Shown: piece after piece, positions 9,778 to 19,564 of the stretch
Layout: the number at the start of each line of letters is the position of its first letter
Numbering within the stretch: the stretch's first letter is position 1
Source: Syntrophomonadaceae bacterium
GTDB taxonomy: Bacteria; Bacillota; Dethiobacteria; DTU022; UBA8154
Direction: 5' to 3'
Length of the DNA: 55,807 nt
Assembly (NCBI GenBank): GCA_003563385.1
Contig: PWRZ01000180.1
Coordinates: 1 to 55,807, forward strand
Program-made: the position numbers and the translations under genes
Notes under the pieces: generated by a model
What the model saw: the letters and a program-made list of their open reading frames with translations, nothing else
Databases searched by the model: none
Told to the model about the DNA's origin: nothing

Positions 9778-10884
9778 ATGAAGTTGTATGAGTTTATGGG
9801 TAAAGAACTTTTTGCCAGCTACGGGATACCAACACCTGAAGGGAGGGTTGCCAAAAATCCCGCGGAAGCGGCAGAAGCAGCGGAACAGATCGGCTCGGTT
9901 GTTATCAAATCACAGGTTTTGACCGGGAAGCGCGGGAAAGCCGGGGGTATCGCCTTTGTCGATAACCCTCAGGAGGCCGGGAAAGAAGCGGAAAGGATCC
10001 TGGACATGGAGATCGGCGGTTTTAAAGTGGAGCACCTGCTCATAGAGAGCAAGCTGCAGATCGACCAGGAGTATTACCTGGCCATTACCATTGACAACTC
10101 CCTGCGCTGTCCTGTTATCCTTGCTTCCACCCAGGGAGGCATGGACATCGAGGAGGTCCCCGAAGAGTATATTGTAAAGTATCCCATAGATGTAGCAATT
10201 GGGATGCAGCCGTTTATGATCAGGGAGGTGGCCCGCCAGCTGGGCCTGACCGGAGAACTGGGCAAGCAGTTTGCATCAATTTTGGGCAGGCTTTACAGGG
10301 CTTTTAAAGATAGGGACGCCGAGCTGGTGGAGATCAACCCCTTAATTGTAAGCGGAGACAGTTTTATTGCTGCCGATGCCAAGGTCACCATCGACGACGA
10401 TGCCCTCTTCAGGCACAAGGACCTGCCCAGGGTGGAAGAAAAGACGGATCTGGAGAAACGCGCTGGTGACCTGGGGCTTGCCTACGTGGAACTGGATGGC
10501 GATATCGCCGTCATGGCCAACGGTGCCGGTATGGCCATGGCTACGCTGGATATGATCAATTATTACGGCGGCAGCCCGGCAAATTTCCTTGACGCCGGGG
10601 GAGGGGCCGGGGTAGAGCAGACCGCGCAGGCACTGGAGCTGCTGCTGGCCACTGAACCAAAGGCAATCCTGATCAACATTTTTGGAGGGATAACCCGCTG
10701 CGATGACGTGGCCAACGCCTTTGCCACGGTTAAGAAAAACAAGGAAATAACCATGCCGGTGGTTTTCAGGCTGGTAGGGACGAACGAAGAAGAAGGAAGA
10801 AAAATTCTGGATGATATAGGGATAATTGCTTATAAAACGATGCAGGAGACCGCACAGAAGGCTGTAGAACTTTCCAAACAGTAA
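9778..10884 (+). CDS. sucC: Succinyl-CoA synthetase beta subunit (ADP-forming)
   Basis: MKLYEFMGK, GKRGKAGGI, GGMDIEEV, VEINPL, NGAGMAMATLD, PANFLDAGGG, NIFGGITRCD. Confidence 0.95.
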   Translation: MKLYEFMGKELFASYGIPTPEGRVAKNPAEAAEAAEQIGSVVIKSQVLTGKRGKAGGIAFVDNPQEAGKEAERILDMEIGGFKVEHLLIESKLQIDQEYYLAITIDNSLRCPVILASTQGGMDIEEVPEEYIVKYPIDVAIGMQPFMIREVARQLGLTGELGKQFASILGRLYRAFKDRDAELVEINPLIVSGDSFIAADAKVTIDDDALFRHKDLPRVEEKTDLEKRAGDLGLAYVELDGDIAVMANGAGMAMATLDMINYYGGSPANFLDAGGGAGVEQTAQALELLLATEPKAILINIFGGITRCDDVANAFATVKKNKEITMPVVFRLVGTNEEEGRKILDDIGIIAYKTMQETAQKAVELSKQ

Positions 10885-10950
10885 AATTACTAAAAGAAAG
10901 GAGGTGTAGGCCCGTTTCTATAAGATAAGCTGATAGAAATGGGGCTGGTA

Positions 10951-11820
10951 ATGGCAATTTTTATCGATGAGAAAACAAGGGTCATGGTGCAGGGTATAAC
11001 CGGCAACCAGGGTTCTTTCCACGCCCGCCAGATGCTCGCCTACGGCAGCAATATTGTGGCTGGGGTTTCACCGGGCAAAGGAGGCCGGGAGGTTGAAAAC
11101 GTCCCCGTTTTCGATACCGCTGAGGCCGCAGTTGCAGCACAGGAGCCCGATGCTTCTATCCTGTTTGTGCCCGCTGCTTTTGCCAAGGATGGTGCGCTGG
11201 AAGCGCTTAGCGCAGGTATGAAAGTAATTGTCATGATTACAGAGGGCATTCCGGTACACGATGCCATGGAGGTTATAGACTATGCCAACCGCAAAAACGC
11301 CGTTGTCGTGGGACCGAACACTTTCGGCATCGTTTCTTCCAATAAATGCAAGATTGGGATCATGCCCAACCAGATCTACGTAGGAGGGCCCATCGGTGTT
11401 GTCGCCCGCAGCGGCACCCTCAGCTACGAGATCGTCGCCAACCTCAAAGAAGCCGGGTACGGTACATCCACGGTGGTGGGTATGGGAGGAGACAGGATTC
11501 TCGGCTTAAATTTTATCAATGTCCTTGAAGAGTTTGAAAAAGACAGTCAGACAGAGCTGATAGTCATGGTTGGCGAAATCGGCGGTACCGCTGAAGAGGA
11601 AGCGGCAGAATACATCAAAAATAATGTCAGCAAACCTGTAATTGCCTACCTGGCCGGGAAAAGCGCCCCACCGGGCAAAAGGATGGGCCATGCCGGTGCC
11701 ATCATTGAACGTGGAAAGGGCACTTTCGACGGCAAGGTAAAGGCCCTGGAGGCCGTAGGGGTAAAAGTGGCAGAGCTTCCTTTCCAGGTCCCCGAGATGG
11801 CAAAGGAAATTTTGCGGTGA
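10951..11820 (+). CDS. sucD: Succinyl-CoA synthetase alpha subunit
   Basis: VQGITGNQG, ITEGIPVHD, GPNTFG, SGTLSYE, GEIGG, RMGHAGA phospho-His motif. Confidence 0.95.
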   Translation: MAIFIDEKTRVMVQGITGNQGSFHARQMLAYGSNIVAGVSPGKGGREVENVPVFDTAEAAVAAQEPDASILFVPAAFAKDGALEALSAGMKVIVMITEGIPVHDAMEVIDYANRKNAVVVGPNTFGIVSSNKCKIGIMPNQIYVGGPIGVVARSGTLSYEIVANLKEAGYGTSTVVGMGGDRILGLNFINVLEEFEKDSQTELIVMVGEIGGTAEEEAAEYIKNNVSKPVIAYLAGKSAPPGKRMGHAGAIIERGKGTFDGKVKALEAVGVKVAELPFQVPEMAKEILR

Positions 11821-11863
11821 GAATTAACGGTATCGACAATTCTTATGCAAGGGAGGAGAGTTT

Positions 11864-13540
11864 GTGTTTGACAAGAATAAATTAGCGGAACTGAAGGAAA
11901 AAAAAGCCGCCTGGAAGAAGTCCCTGGAGAAGTCCCTGGAAAAAAGGCCGGAGCGCAAAGAGAAATTTGAAACAGACTCCAAGATACCCGTGGAACCAAC
12001 GTATACGCCAGTGGAACTGGAAGATTTTGATTACCTCCAAGACCTGGGACTTCCGGGCGAATACCCCTTTACAAGGGGTGTGCAGCCCAACATGTACCGC
12101 GGGCGCTTTTTTACCATGCGCCAGTATGCCGGCTTCGGCAGCGCCGAGGAGACCAACAAGCGTTTTCGCTACCTCCTCGAACAGGGCCAGACCGGGCTCA
12201 GCATTGCTTTCGACCTTCCCACCCAGATCGGCTTTGACTCGGACCATCCCCTGGCCAGGGGCGAGGTTGGCAAGGTCGGGGTAGCCATTGATTCACTGCA
12301 GGACATGGAAGACCTTTTCACCGGTATTCCCCTGGACAAGGTGACCACCTCCATGACTATCAACTCCCCGGCAGCGGTAATAATGGCCATGTACCTGGCC
12401 ATGGCCGAGAAGCAGGGCATCCCCTTTGACAAGCTGGGGGGGACCATCCAGAACGACATCCTCAAAGAATATGTAGCCAGGGGCACATACATTTTCCCGC
12501 CAGAACCTTCCATGAAGCTAATTACCGATATATTTGCCTACTGCGGGGAACATGTCCCCATGTGGAACACCATCAGTATTAGTGGCTACCATATCAGGGA
12601 GGCCGGCTCCACTGCCGTGCAGGAAATAGCCTTTACCCTGGCCAACGGTATCGCCTACGTGGAAGCGGCAATCAAAGCGGGGCTTGATGTTGACGGATTC
12701 GGCCCGAGGCTGTCCTTTTTCTTCAACGCCCACCAGAACTTTTTTGAAGAGATTGCCAAGTTCCGTGCTGCAAGGAGAGTATGGGCCCGTATCATGAAGG
12801 AACGCTTCGAGGCGAAAAACCCGCGCTCGCAGATGCTGCGCTTCCATACCCAGACGGCCGGATGCAGCCTGACGGCCCAGCAGCCCATGGTGAACATCAT
12901 GAGGGTTGCTTTTCAGGCTCTCAGCGCCTGCCTGGGAGGAACCCAGTCCCTGCACACCAATTCCTACGACGAGGCGCTGGCACTGCCCAGTGAGCATGCA
13001 GTTTCCCTGGCGCTGCGCACCCAGCAGGTTGTCGCTTACGAGATCGGCATAACCGATACGGCGGATCCCCTCGGTGGTTCATACTTTATCGAAAAATTGA
13101 CCGACCAGATCGAAGAGCAGGTTATGAATTACATCAACCGCATTGATGAGATCGGCGGAGCGGCCAAGGCCATCGAACAGGGCTTCATGCAGAAGGAGAT
13201 CCAGCAGAGCGCCTACGAGTACCAGAAGGAAGTGGAAGAGGACAAGAGAACCGTTATCGGTGTGAACAAGTTCGTTACCGAGTACGAAGAGCCTACCGGC
13301 CTGCTCAGGGTAGACCCCACGGTAACTGAACGCCAGGTGGAAAAGCTGGAGAAAAAGCGCCAGGAAAGAGACGGCAAGAAAGTGGCCGAAGCGCTGAAAG
13401 AGCTGCGCAGTGTAGCCCAGACAAATGAAAACCTGATGCCTGTTATCCTGGAAGCGGTTAAAGCTTATGCCACTGTAGGTGAAATTTGCGGAGTGCTCAG
13501 GGAAGTATATGGTGAATTCCAGCAGCAGGTGCTGCTCTAA
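11864..13540 (+). CDS. Methylmalonyl-CoA mutase, substrate-binding large subunit
   Basis: [18 protein letters not shown] (Tyr as in MCM rather than Phe of isobutyryl-CoA mutase), [40 protein letters not shown]. Confidence 0.93.
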   Translation: MFDKNKLAELKEKKAAWKKSLEKSLEKRPERKEKFETDSKIPVEPTYTPVELEDFDYLQDLGLPGEYPFTRGVQPNMYRGRFFTMRQYAGFGSAEETNKRFRYLLEQGQTGLSIAFDLPTQIGFDSDHPLARGEVGKVGVAIDSLQDMEDLFTGIPLDKVTTSMTINSPAAVIMAMYLAMAEKQGIPFDKLGGTIQNDILKEYVARGTYIFPPEPSMKLITDIFAYCGEHVPMWNTISISGYHIREAGSTAVQEIAFTLANGIAYVEAAIKAGLDVDGFGPRLSFFFNAHQNFFEEIAKFRAARRVWARIMKERFEAKNPRSQMLRFHTQTAGCSLTAQQPMVNIMRVAFQALSACLGGTQSLHTNSYDEALALPSEHAVSLALRTQQVVAYEIGITDTADPLGGSYFIEKLTDQIEEQVMNYINRIDEIGGAAKAIEQGFMQKEIQQSAYEYQKEVEEDKRTVIGVNKFVTEYEEPTGLLRVDPTVTERQVEKLEKKRQERDGKKVAEALKELRSVAQTNENLMPVILEAVKAYATVGEICGVLREVYGEFQQQVLL

Positions 13541-13569
13541 AAGCCTGGTGGGAAAGGAGCGTAAAAAGA

Positions 13570-13965
13570 ATGTCTGAGAAGATCATTAGAGTTCTAGTTG
13601 CCAAGATCGGGTTAGATGGACATGATCGCGGGGCCAAGGTTATTGCCCAGGCCTTAAAGGATGCCGGCATGGAAGTTATATATACGGGTTTGAGGCAGAC
13701 CCCGGAGAGTATCGTGGAAACAGCTATCCAGGAAGATGTCCAGGTTATCGGTATGAGTATTCTTTCCGGAGCCCACATGCAGCTCTTGCCGCCAGTCACG
13801 GAGTACTTACGCAACCAGGGAGCCGGTGATATCCTGGTGGTTTCCGGTGGGGTCATCCCCAAGGATGATATACCGTTCCTCAAGGAAGCGGGGATTGCCG
13901 AAGTTTTTACCCCGGGAACTTCTACCGTGGATATTATTAAATTTATTAAAGATAATGTGTCTTAA
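13570..13965 (+). CDS. Methylmalonyl-CoA mutase cobalamin-binding small subunit
   Basis: GLDGHDRG base-off His motif, SILSGAH, GGVIP, FTPGT. Confidence 0.95.
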   Translation: MSEKIIRVLVAKIGLDGHDRGAKVIAQALKDAGMEVIYTGLRQTPESIVETAIQEDVQVIGMSILSGAHMQLLPPVTEYLRNQGAGDILVVSGGVIPKDDIPFLKEAGIAEVFTPGTSTVDIIKFIKDNVS

Positions 13966-13986
13966 AGAAAGGAGAGAAGGTCCAAA

Positions 13987-14391
13987 ATGTTGAAGAAGAT
14001 CGATCACATCGGCATAGCTGTTAAGAACCTGGACGAAGCTTTGAAATTTTATGAGGAAAAACTGGGTCTGAAGGCTACCGGCACGGAAGTAGTGGAGGAG
14101 CAGAAAGTTAGAATTGCTTTCCTGCCTTTAGGAGAGAGCAAGCTGGAGCTTCTGGAGTCTACCGACCCCGAAGGCCCCGTGGCCAAGTTTATCGAGTCGC
14201 GCGGTGAAGGTGTGCAGCATATTGCCCTTCGTGTGGACAATGTCGAAGAGAAGGTTAAAGAGCTGGAGGAGCAAGGAGTACGCCTGATTGATAAAACTCC
14301 CCGTTATGGTGCCGGGGGCGCCCGTATTGCTTTCCTGCACCCCAAATCTACTTACGGAATCCTGTTAGAACTCTGCCAGAGGGATGAATAG
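13987..14391 (+). CDS. mce: Methylmalonyl-CoA epimerase
   Basis: IDHIGIAV, ELLE, GEGVQHIALRV, FLHPKSTYGILLELCQ (VOC fold metal ligands). Confidence 0.95.
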   Translation: MLKKIDHIGIAVKNLDEALKFYEEKLGLKATGTEVVEEQKVRIAFLPLGESKLELLESTDPEGPVAKFIESRGEGVQHIALRVDNVEEKVKELEEQGVRLIDKTPRYGAGGARIAFLHPKSTYGILLELCQRDE

Positions 14392-14406
14392 GAGGTGCCA
14401 TAAATA

Positions 14407-15948
14407 GTGGAAGACAAGTTAAACTTTTTACAGCAGAGAAGGGAAATAATACTCAAGGGCGGTGGAGACAAAAGGATTGCCGCCCAGCACGAAAAAGGAA
14501 AGCTGACCGCCAGGGAAAGGCTGGAGCAGATGCTGGACCCCGGAAGCTTCGTAGAGGTGGGTACTTTTTCGCAGTCCGGGCTGGAGGATGCCAGCACGCT
14601 CGATATCCCCTATCCCGGTGAAGGTGTAGTAACCGGCTATGGAACAATGGACGGGCGCAAGGTTTACGTCTTCGCCCAGGACTTTACCGTTGCCGGCGGT
14701 TCACTGGGAGAGATGCATGCCGCCAAGATCTGCCGGGTGATGGACCTTGCCGCCAAGAACGGTGCTCCTTTTATCGGGCTTAACGATTCAGGGGGAGCGC
14801 GTATCCAAGAAGGGGTGCTGTCCCTGGATGGTTATGGCAACATCTTTTACCGCAACACTGTTTTTTCGGGCGTTATCCCACAAATATCGGTTATTATGGG
14901 TCCCTGTGCCGGGGGTGCAGTCTACTCGCCGGCCCTGACCGACTTTATTTTCATGGTTGACAAGAGCAGCTACATGTTTATCACCGGTACCCAGGTAATA
15001 AAGGCTGTTACCGGGGAAGATGTGAGCCCGGAGAAGCTCGGCGGTGCCAAGACCCATAACGAAACCAGCGGTGTGGCACATTTCCTGGCTGCCGACGAGC
15101 AGGAGTGCATCAACATGATCAAGAAACTGATCGGCTTCCTGCCTTCCAACAACCTGGACGACCCGCCCGTTGCTGCTCCTGCCGAGCCCACCCTTCCCGC
15201 CGAGGACCTGCTTACCCTGGTACCCCCTGACCCGAACAGGCCTTATGACGTGGTAGATGTCATTACCAGGATCGTCGACGGCAGTGATTTCTTCCAGGTG
15301 CACGAGCATTATGCCAAGAATGCCGTCGTCGGTTTTGCGCGCATAAACGGTCAGCCGGTCGGGATTATCGCCAACCAGCCGAAGGCCCTGGCCGGGTGCC
15401 TGGATATTAACAGCTCCGATAAAATATCCCGTTTTGTAAGGTTCTGTGACTGCTTCAATCTTCCCATGATAACATTTGTCGATGTTCCCGGCTACCTTCC
15501 CGGGGTAAACCAGGAGTACGGCGGTATCATCCGCCACGGAGCCAAGATACTGTACGCCTACTCCGAGGCAAGTGTCCCGCAGATCAGCATCATCCTGCGC
15601 AAGGCATACGGCGGTGCCTACATCGCCATGAACGGGCGCTGCCTGGGAGCCGATTATGCCTACGCCTGGCCGACTGCGGAGATAGCGGTGATGGGCCCCG
15701 AGGGCGCTACCAATGTCATTTTCCGCAAGGAAATTGATAAAGCGGAAAATCCGGAAGAGGAGAGGAAAAAGAGGGTCGAGGAATACCGCCACCGCTTTGC
15801 CAATCCTTACATTACCGCTGCCAAGGGCTGGATAGATGACGTCATTGACCCGCGCCATACGCGCGAGCTGCTCATCAAGGGTCTGGAGGCACTGAAAGGA
15901 AAGTATGAGGATAGACCGCGCAAGAAGCACGGGAACTTCCCTGTATAG
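14407..15948 (+). CDS. mmdA: Acyl-CoA carboxyltransferase (methylmalonyl-CoA decarboxylase alpha / propionyl-CoA carboxylase beta / transcarboxylase 12S type)
   Basis: KGKLTARER, QDFTVAGGSLGE, DSGGARIQEG, GPCAGGAVYSPALTD, DVPGYLPG, RKAYGGAY, KKHGNFPV. Confidence 0.92.
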   Translation: MEDKLNFLQQRREIILKGGGDKRIAAQHEKGKLTARERLEQMLDPGSFVEVGTFSQSGLEDASTLDIPYPGEGVVTGYGTMDGRKVYVFAQDFTVAGGSLGEMHAAKICRVMDLAAKNGAPFIGLNDSGGARIQEGVLSLDGYGNIFYRNTVFSGVIPQISVIMGPCAGGAVYSPALTDFIFMVDKSSYMFITGTQVIKAVTGEDVSPEKLGGAKTHNETSGVAHFLAADEQECINMIKKLIGFLPSNNLDDPPVAAPAEPTLPAEDLLTLVPPDPNRPYDVVDVITRIVDGSDFFQVHEHYAKNAVVGFARINGQPVGIIANQPKALAGCLDINSSDKISRFVRFCDCFNLPMITFVDVPGYLPGVNQEYGGIIRHGAKILYAYSEASVPQISIILRKAYGGAYIAMNGRCLGADYAYAWPTAEIAVMGPEGATNVIFRKEIDKAENPEEERKKRVEEYRHRFANPYITAAKGWIDDVIDPRHTRELLIKGLEALKGKYEDRPRKKHGNFPV

Positions 15949-15970
15949 GTGATTGTGGTGTCACAAAAAA

Positions 15971-16004
15971 GAAGCAAGGGGACGTACCTCTTGCTTCCTT
16001 TTTT
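15971..16004 (+). terminator. Rho-independent terminator closing the mmc cluster
   Basis: GAAGCAAGGGG-acgta-CCTCTTGCTTC followed by T run; A run upstream. Confidence 0.8.
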
Positions 16005-16098
16005 GGGTATAGCGGCAGAAAGTTGCCTTTGCTCCGTGGCAAGTTCCACTTCTGGAAGTGGCGGCGGCGGAAAGCATACCTGAAGGAGGGAGACAGCT

Positions 16099-17139
16099 GT
16101 GGTGCGAGTGGGGATAGTCGGGGTAACCGGCTATACGGGAGGCGAAATTTTACGGATCCTTCACGGCCATGACGGTGTTGAATTGACCTATGTTACCGCA
16201 CATACCATGGCCGGCAGGATGCTCACAGAGGTATACCCACATTACCAGGGGATAATGGAGGCAACCTGCCATGCTTTTTCAGTGGAAGAAGCTGCCCAGA
16301 AAACGGATCTTGTTTTTTCCGCACTGCCGCACGGGGAATCCATGGACGTGGTCCCGCAGCTCTGTGAGGCCCGCTTGAAAGTAATAGACCTGAGTGCCGA
16401 TTTCCGCTTGAAAGAGGCACAGCTTTACAGCAGCTGGTACCGCAAGGAGCACCGTGCACCCGCTTACCTGGGCAGGTCCGTTTACGGCCTGGCCGATATC
16501 TACGCCGGGGATATAAAAGAAGCGGACCTTGTGGCCAATCCGGGATGTTATCCTACTTCGGTCCTGCTGGCCCTTGCTCCAGTCGCCGGAGAGGACCTGC
16601 TGAACTGGAATTCCCTTGTAGTTGACTCCAAGTCCGGCACCTCGGGGGCCGGGCGCGTCCCTTCCCCGGTGCTGCATTTCCCGGAATGCTCCGAGAACTT
16701 CCGTGCCTACCGTGTTGCTGAGCATCAGCATACCCCGGAGATGGAACAGGAGCTGGGGCGGCTGGCAGGCAGGAAAGTCACCTTTACTTTTGTGCCTCAT
16801 CTTGTACCTATGGTAAGGGGAATATTGAGTACCATCTACGTTCAGCTAACTAAAAAGATGGAGGAAGAGGAAATCAGGAATATTTACAGTAATTATTACA
16901 GTGAGTGCAAGTTTGTGCGGCTGCTACCGCCCTCCCTGGTCCCGGAAACCAGGCACGTTTACGGCAGCAATTACTGCGATATTTCCCTCAAGTATGACCG
17001 GCGCACGGACAGGCTGATTATTATTTCTGTTATTGATAACCTGGTAAAAGGCGCGGCCGGACAGGCCGTTCAAAATATGAACCTTGTTTTAGGGTTTGAA
17101 GAGGGCAGAGGACTGGATATAGTTCCAATCCGGCCGTGA
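16099..17139 (+). CDS. argC: N-acetyl-gamma-glutamyl-phosphate reductase
   Basis: GVTGYTG, IDLSADFRL, ANPGCYPT, SGTSGAGR, IDNLVKGAAGQAVQNMN. Confidence 0.97.
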   Translation: MVRVGIVGVTGYTGGEILRILHGHDGVELTYVTAHTMAGRMLTEVYPHYQGIMEATCHAFSVEEAAQKTDLVFSALPHGESMDVVPQLCEARLKVIDLSADFRLKEAQLYSSWYRKEHRAPAYLGRSVYGLADIYAGDIKEADLVANPGCYPTSVLLALAPVAGEDLLNWNSLVVDSKSGTSGAGRVPSPVLHFPECSENFRAYRVAEHQHTPEMEQELGRLAGRKVTFTFVPHLVPMVRGILSTIYVQLTKKMEEEEIRNIYSNYYSECKFVRLLPPSLVPETRHVYGSNYCDISLKYDRRTDRLIIISVIDNLVKGAAGQAVQNMNLVLGFEEGRGLDIVPIRP

Positions 17140-17170
17140 TTGTGATATTCTTCAAGGTGGTGGTTGTAAA

Positions 17171-18379
17171 ATGAGCTACCCTGTTGAAAAAATTGGCGGA
17201 GGGATTACGGCGCCCGGGGAAATAGAAGCTGCCGGGGAGCACTGCGGTTTAAAGCCGGGAGGCGATAAGGATCTGGCCCTGATTTATTGCCGCCGGCCGG
17301 CCGCCGCAGCGGGAATGTTCACCACGAACAGGTTTAAATCCCCCCCGCTGCTGGTTTCAGAAAAGCACCTGCAGAACCCGGTCCGGGCCATTGTTATCAA
17401 CAGCGGTGTTGCCAATGCCTGCACCGGACAGCAGGGCATAGATGACGCCCTGGCCACTGCGGGAGCGGCGGCCTCCGAGCTCGCTGTTGGGAGAGAGGAA
17501 GTGCTCGTCTTTTCCACCGGCGTTATCGGGGTTTACCTGCCCATGGAGAAAATCAGCAGGGGCATCGGCAGTGCCGCAAAAAACCTCTCCCCCCGGGGCG
17601 GCGGCAGCGCGGCAGAGGCCATTATGACTACCGACACCGTGCCCAAGGAAGCGGCCTACCGGGTCAGGGCGGGCGGCAGCTCTTTCACTATCGGTGGCAT
17701 GGCCAAAGGCTCGGGGATGATATGCCCGGATGTGGCCACCATGCTCGCCTTTATAACCACCGATGTGCAGGTTGAAAGGGGCCTTCTGCAGAAGGCATTG
17801 AAAGCTGCCGTTGACCGCTCCTTTAACGTGATCAGCGTTGACGGGGATACCTCACCGAACGATGCGGTGATCCTCCTTTCCAGCGGTGCCTCGGGTCTGC
17901 GGGTAGAGGAAAACGGCCCCCTCTGGGATATTTTTGTGGAGGCCCTGACCATGTTCTGCCGGGAGCTGGCCTGCATGATCGTGGCCGACGGGGAAGGGGC
18001 TACCAAGTTCATCGAACTGAATATCAAGGGTGCCCCCGATTATGATACGGGGAGGGCGCTGGCGCGTGCCATACTAAACTCCTGCCTGGTTAAGACGGCC
18101 TTTTTTGGTGAAGATGCCAACTGGGGGCGGATCATAACCGCTCTCGGTTATGCCGGTGTTTACTTTGACCCGGCCAGGATTAATGTTTACCTGGGGGATC
18201 TCCAGGTCACTGAAAACGGCAGGGGCCTCGTTTTTGATGAGCTGAAAGCCAAGGAGATCCTGGGCCAGGAGAAAATCAATGTCACCGTGGAGCTGCAGAT
18301 TGGCCATGAAGATGTAACTGCCTGGGGATGTGACCTGAGCTATGATTATGTTACCATAAACAGCAGTTACAGGGGCTAG
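17171..18379 (+). CDS. argJ: Ornithine acetyltransferase / N-acetylglutamate synthase
   Basis: NSGVANACTG, STGVIG, AIMTTDT, KGSGMICPDVATML, DGEGATK, DANWGRI. Confidence 0.97.
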   Translation: MSYPVEKIGGGITAPGEIEAAGEHCGLKPGGDKDLALIYCRRPAAAAGMFTTNRFKSPPLLVSEKHLQNPVRAIVINSGVANACTGQQGIDDALATAGAAASELAVGREEVLVFSTGVIGVYLPMEKISRGIGSAAKNLSPRGGGSAAEAIMTTDTVPKEAAYRVRAGGSSFTIGGMAKGSGMICPDVATMLAFITTDVQVERGLLQKALKAAVDRSFNVISVDGDTSPNDAVILLSSGASGLRVEENGPLWDIFVEALTMFCRELACMIVADGEGATKFIELNIKGAPDYDTGRALARAILNSCLVKTAFFGEDANWGRIITALGYAGVYFDPARINVYLGDLQVTENGRGLVFDELKAKEILGQEKINVTVELQIGHEDVTAWGCDLSYDYVTINSSYRG

Positions 18380-18466
18380 GCCTGTTCCTGTCGCCATCAG
18401 CGGTAGCATTATTATTAAAATAATATTGGTGCATCATTGATATTGTGCATGGAAGGGGAAGCGGGT

Positions 18467-19357
18467 ATGAAAAAAGGAGTAGAAAGCCTTATTGCCAAGG
18501 CTGAAATACTGATCGAGGCGCTGCCGTACATACGCACGTTTGCCGGGAAGACATTTGTTATTAAATACGGCGGCAAGGCCATGATCAGCGAGGACTTGAA
18601 AAGTTCGGTGGCCCAGGATATTGTGCTGCTTAAGTATATTGGTATAAACCCGATCATAGTTCACGGTGGCGGTAAGGAGATAACGCAGCTGATGGACAAA
18701 CTGGGGAAAAAGGCCCAGTTCGTCGGCGGGCTGCGCGTTACCGACCGGGAAACGATGGAGATAGCGGAAATGGTTCTTGTGGGAAAGGTTAACAAGGAAA
18801 TTGTCAACCTGATTAACCGCCACGGGGGGCTGGCTGTCGGTTTGAGCGGCAAAGACAGCAACTTGCTGGTTGCCAAAAAGAAATCTCCGGCTACTTCAGG
18901 TGCTGACAGCAGTGCAGTGGACCTCGGCTTCGTTGGCGATATCGAAGAGGTGAACCCTGCGGTTATAAGCACGCTCTGCCGCAGCGGCTATGTCCCGGTG
19001 ATATCTTCTATCGGGGTCAGCAGGGAAGGTGAAGGGCTTAATATAAATGCCGACCACGCCGCCGGGGCGGTTGCCGCAGCGCTGAAAGCGGAGAAACTGA
19101 TACTGCTTACCGATGTGGAGGGTATAATGTCCAGCGAGGGAGATGTGAGTACGCTCATTTCCTCCCTGGACCGGCAGAAGGCCGAGGAAATGATCGGCTG
19201 CGGGGAAATATCCGCGGGAATGATTCCCAAGGTGCGGTCCTGTACTGCAGCGCTCAGTGAAGGTGTCTCCAGGACGCATATTATCGACGGCCGGTTGAGC
19301 CATTCCATGCTGCTGGAGATATTTACAGATAGAGGTATTGGAACGATGGTGGTATAG
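18467..19357 (+). CDS. argB: Acetylglutamate kinase
   Basis: VIKYGG, VHGGG, GLRVTD, NINAD, LLTDVEG, GMIPKV, EIFTDRGIGT. Confidence 0.97.
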   Translation: MKKGVESLIAKAEILIEALPYIRTFAGKTFVIKYGGKAMISEDLKSSVAQDIVLLKYIGINPIIVHGGGKEITQLMDKLGKKAQFVGGLRVTDRETMEIAEMVLVGKVNKEIVNLINRHGGLAVGLSGKDSNLLVAKKKSPATSGADSSAVDLGFVGDIEEVNPAVISTLCRSGYVPVISSIGVSREGEGLNINADHAAGAVAAALKAEKLILLTDVEGIMSSEGDVSTLISSLDRQKAEEMIGCGEISAGMIPKVRSCTAALSEGVSRTHIIDGRLSHSMLLEIFTDRGIGTMVV

Positions 19358-19564
19358 TATCAAAATGAGGATACACCTTTTACCGGCCCGGCCCGGCAGC
19401 ATTTATGCTTTCTTTGCCAATGAGGGCCTGTGAGGGCGGAGCCTTACAGGGAGTTTCATTTTACCTGATATTATGACCCCCTCGGGTCATATCGGTTAGT
19501 TTGTAGATGGCAGCGATTATGGAGCCACTGGTTATAAAAGCTATATTTGGGGGAGGGGTCAGGT

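Noticed and set aside
10898-10910. Strong SD AAGGAGGTG with no suitably spaced start (similar case near 25686-25694)
   Set aside because: No credible ORF follows; may be a relic and cannot be interpreted further.
18420-18455. ArgR (ARG) box in AT-rich spacer before argB
   Set aside because: Only weak similarity to the TGAAT-N4-ATTCA consensus.
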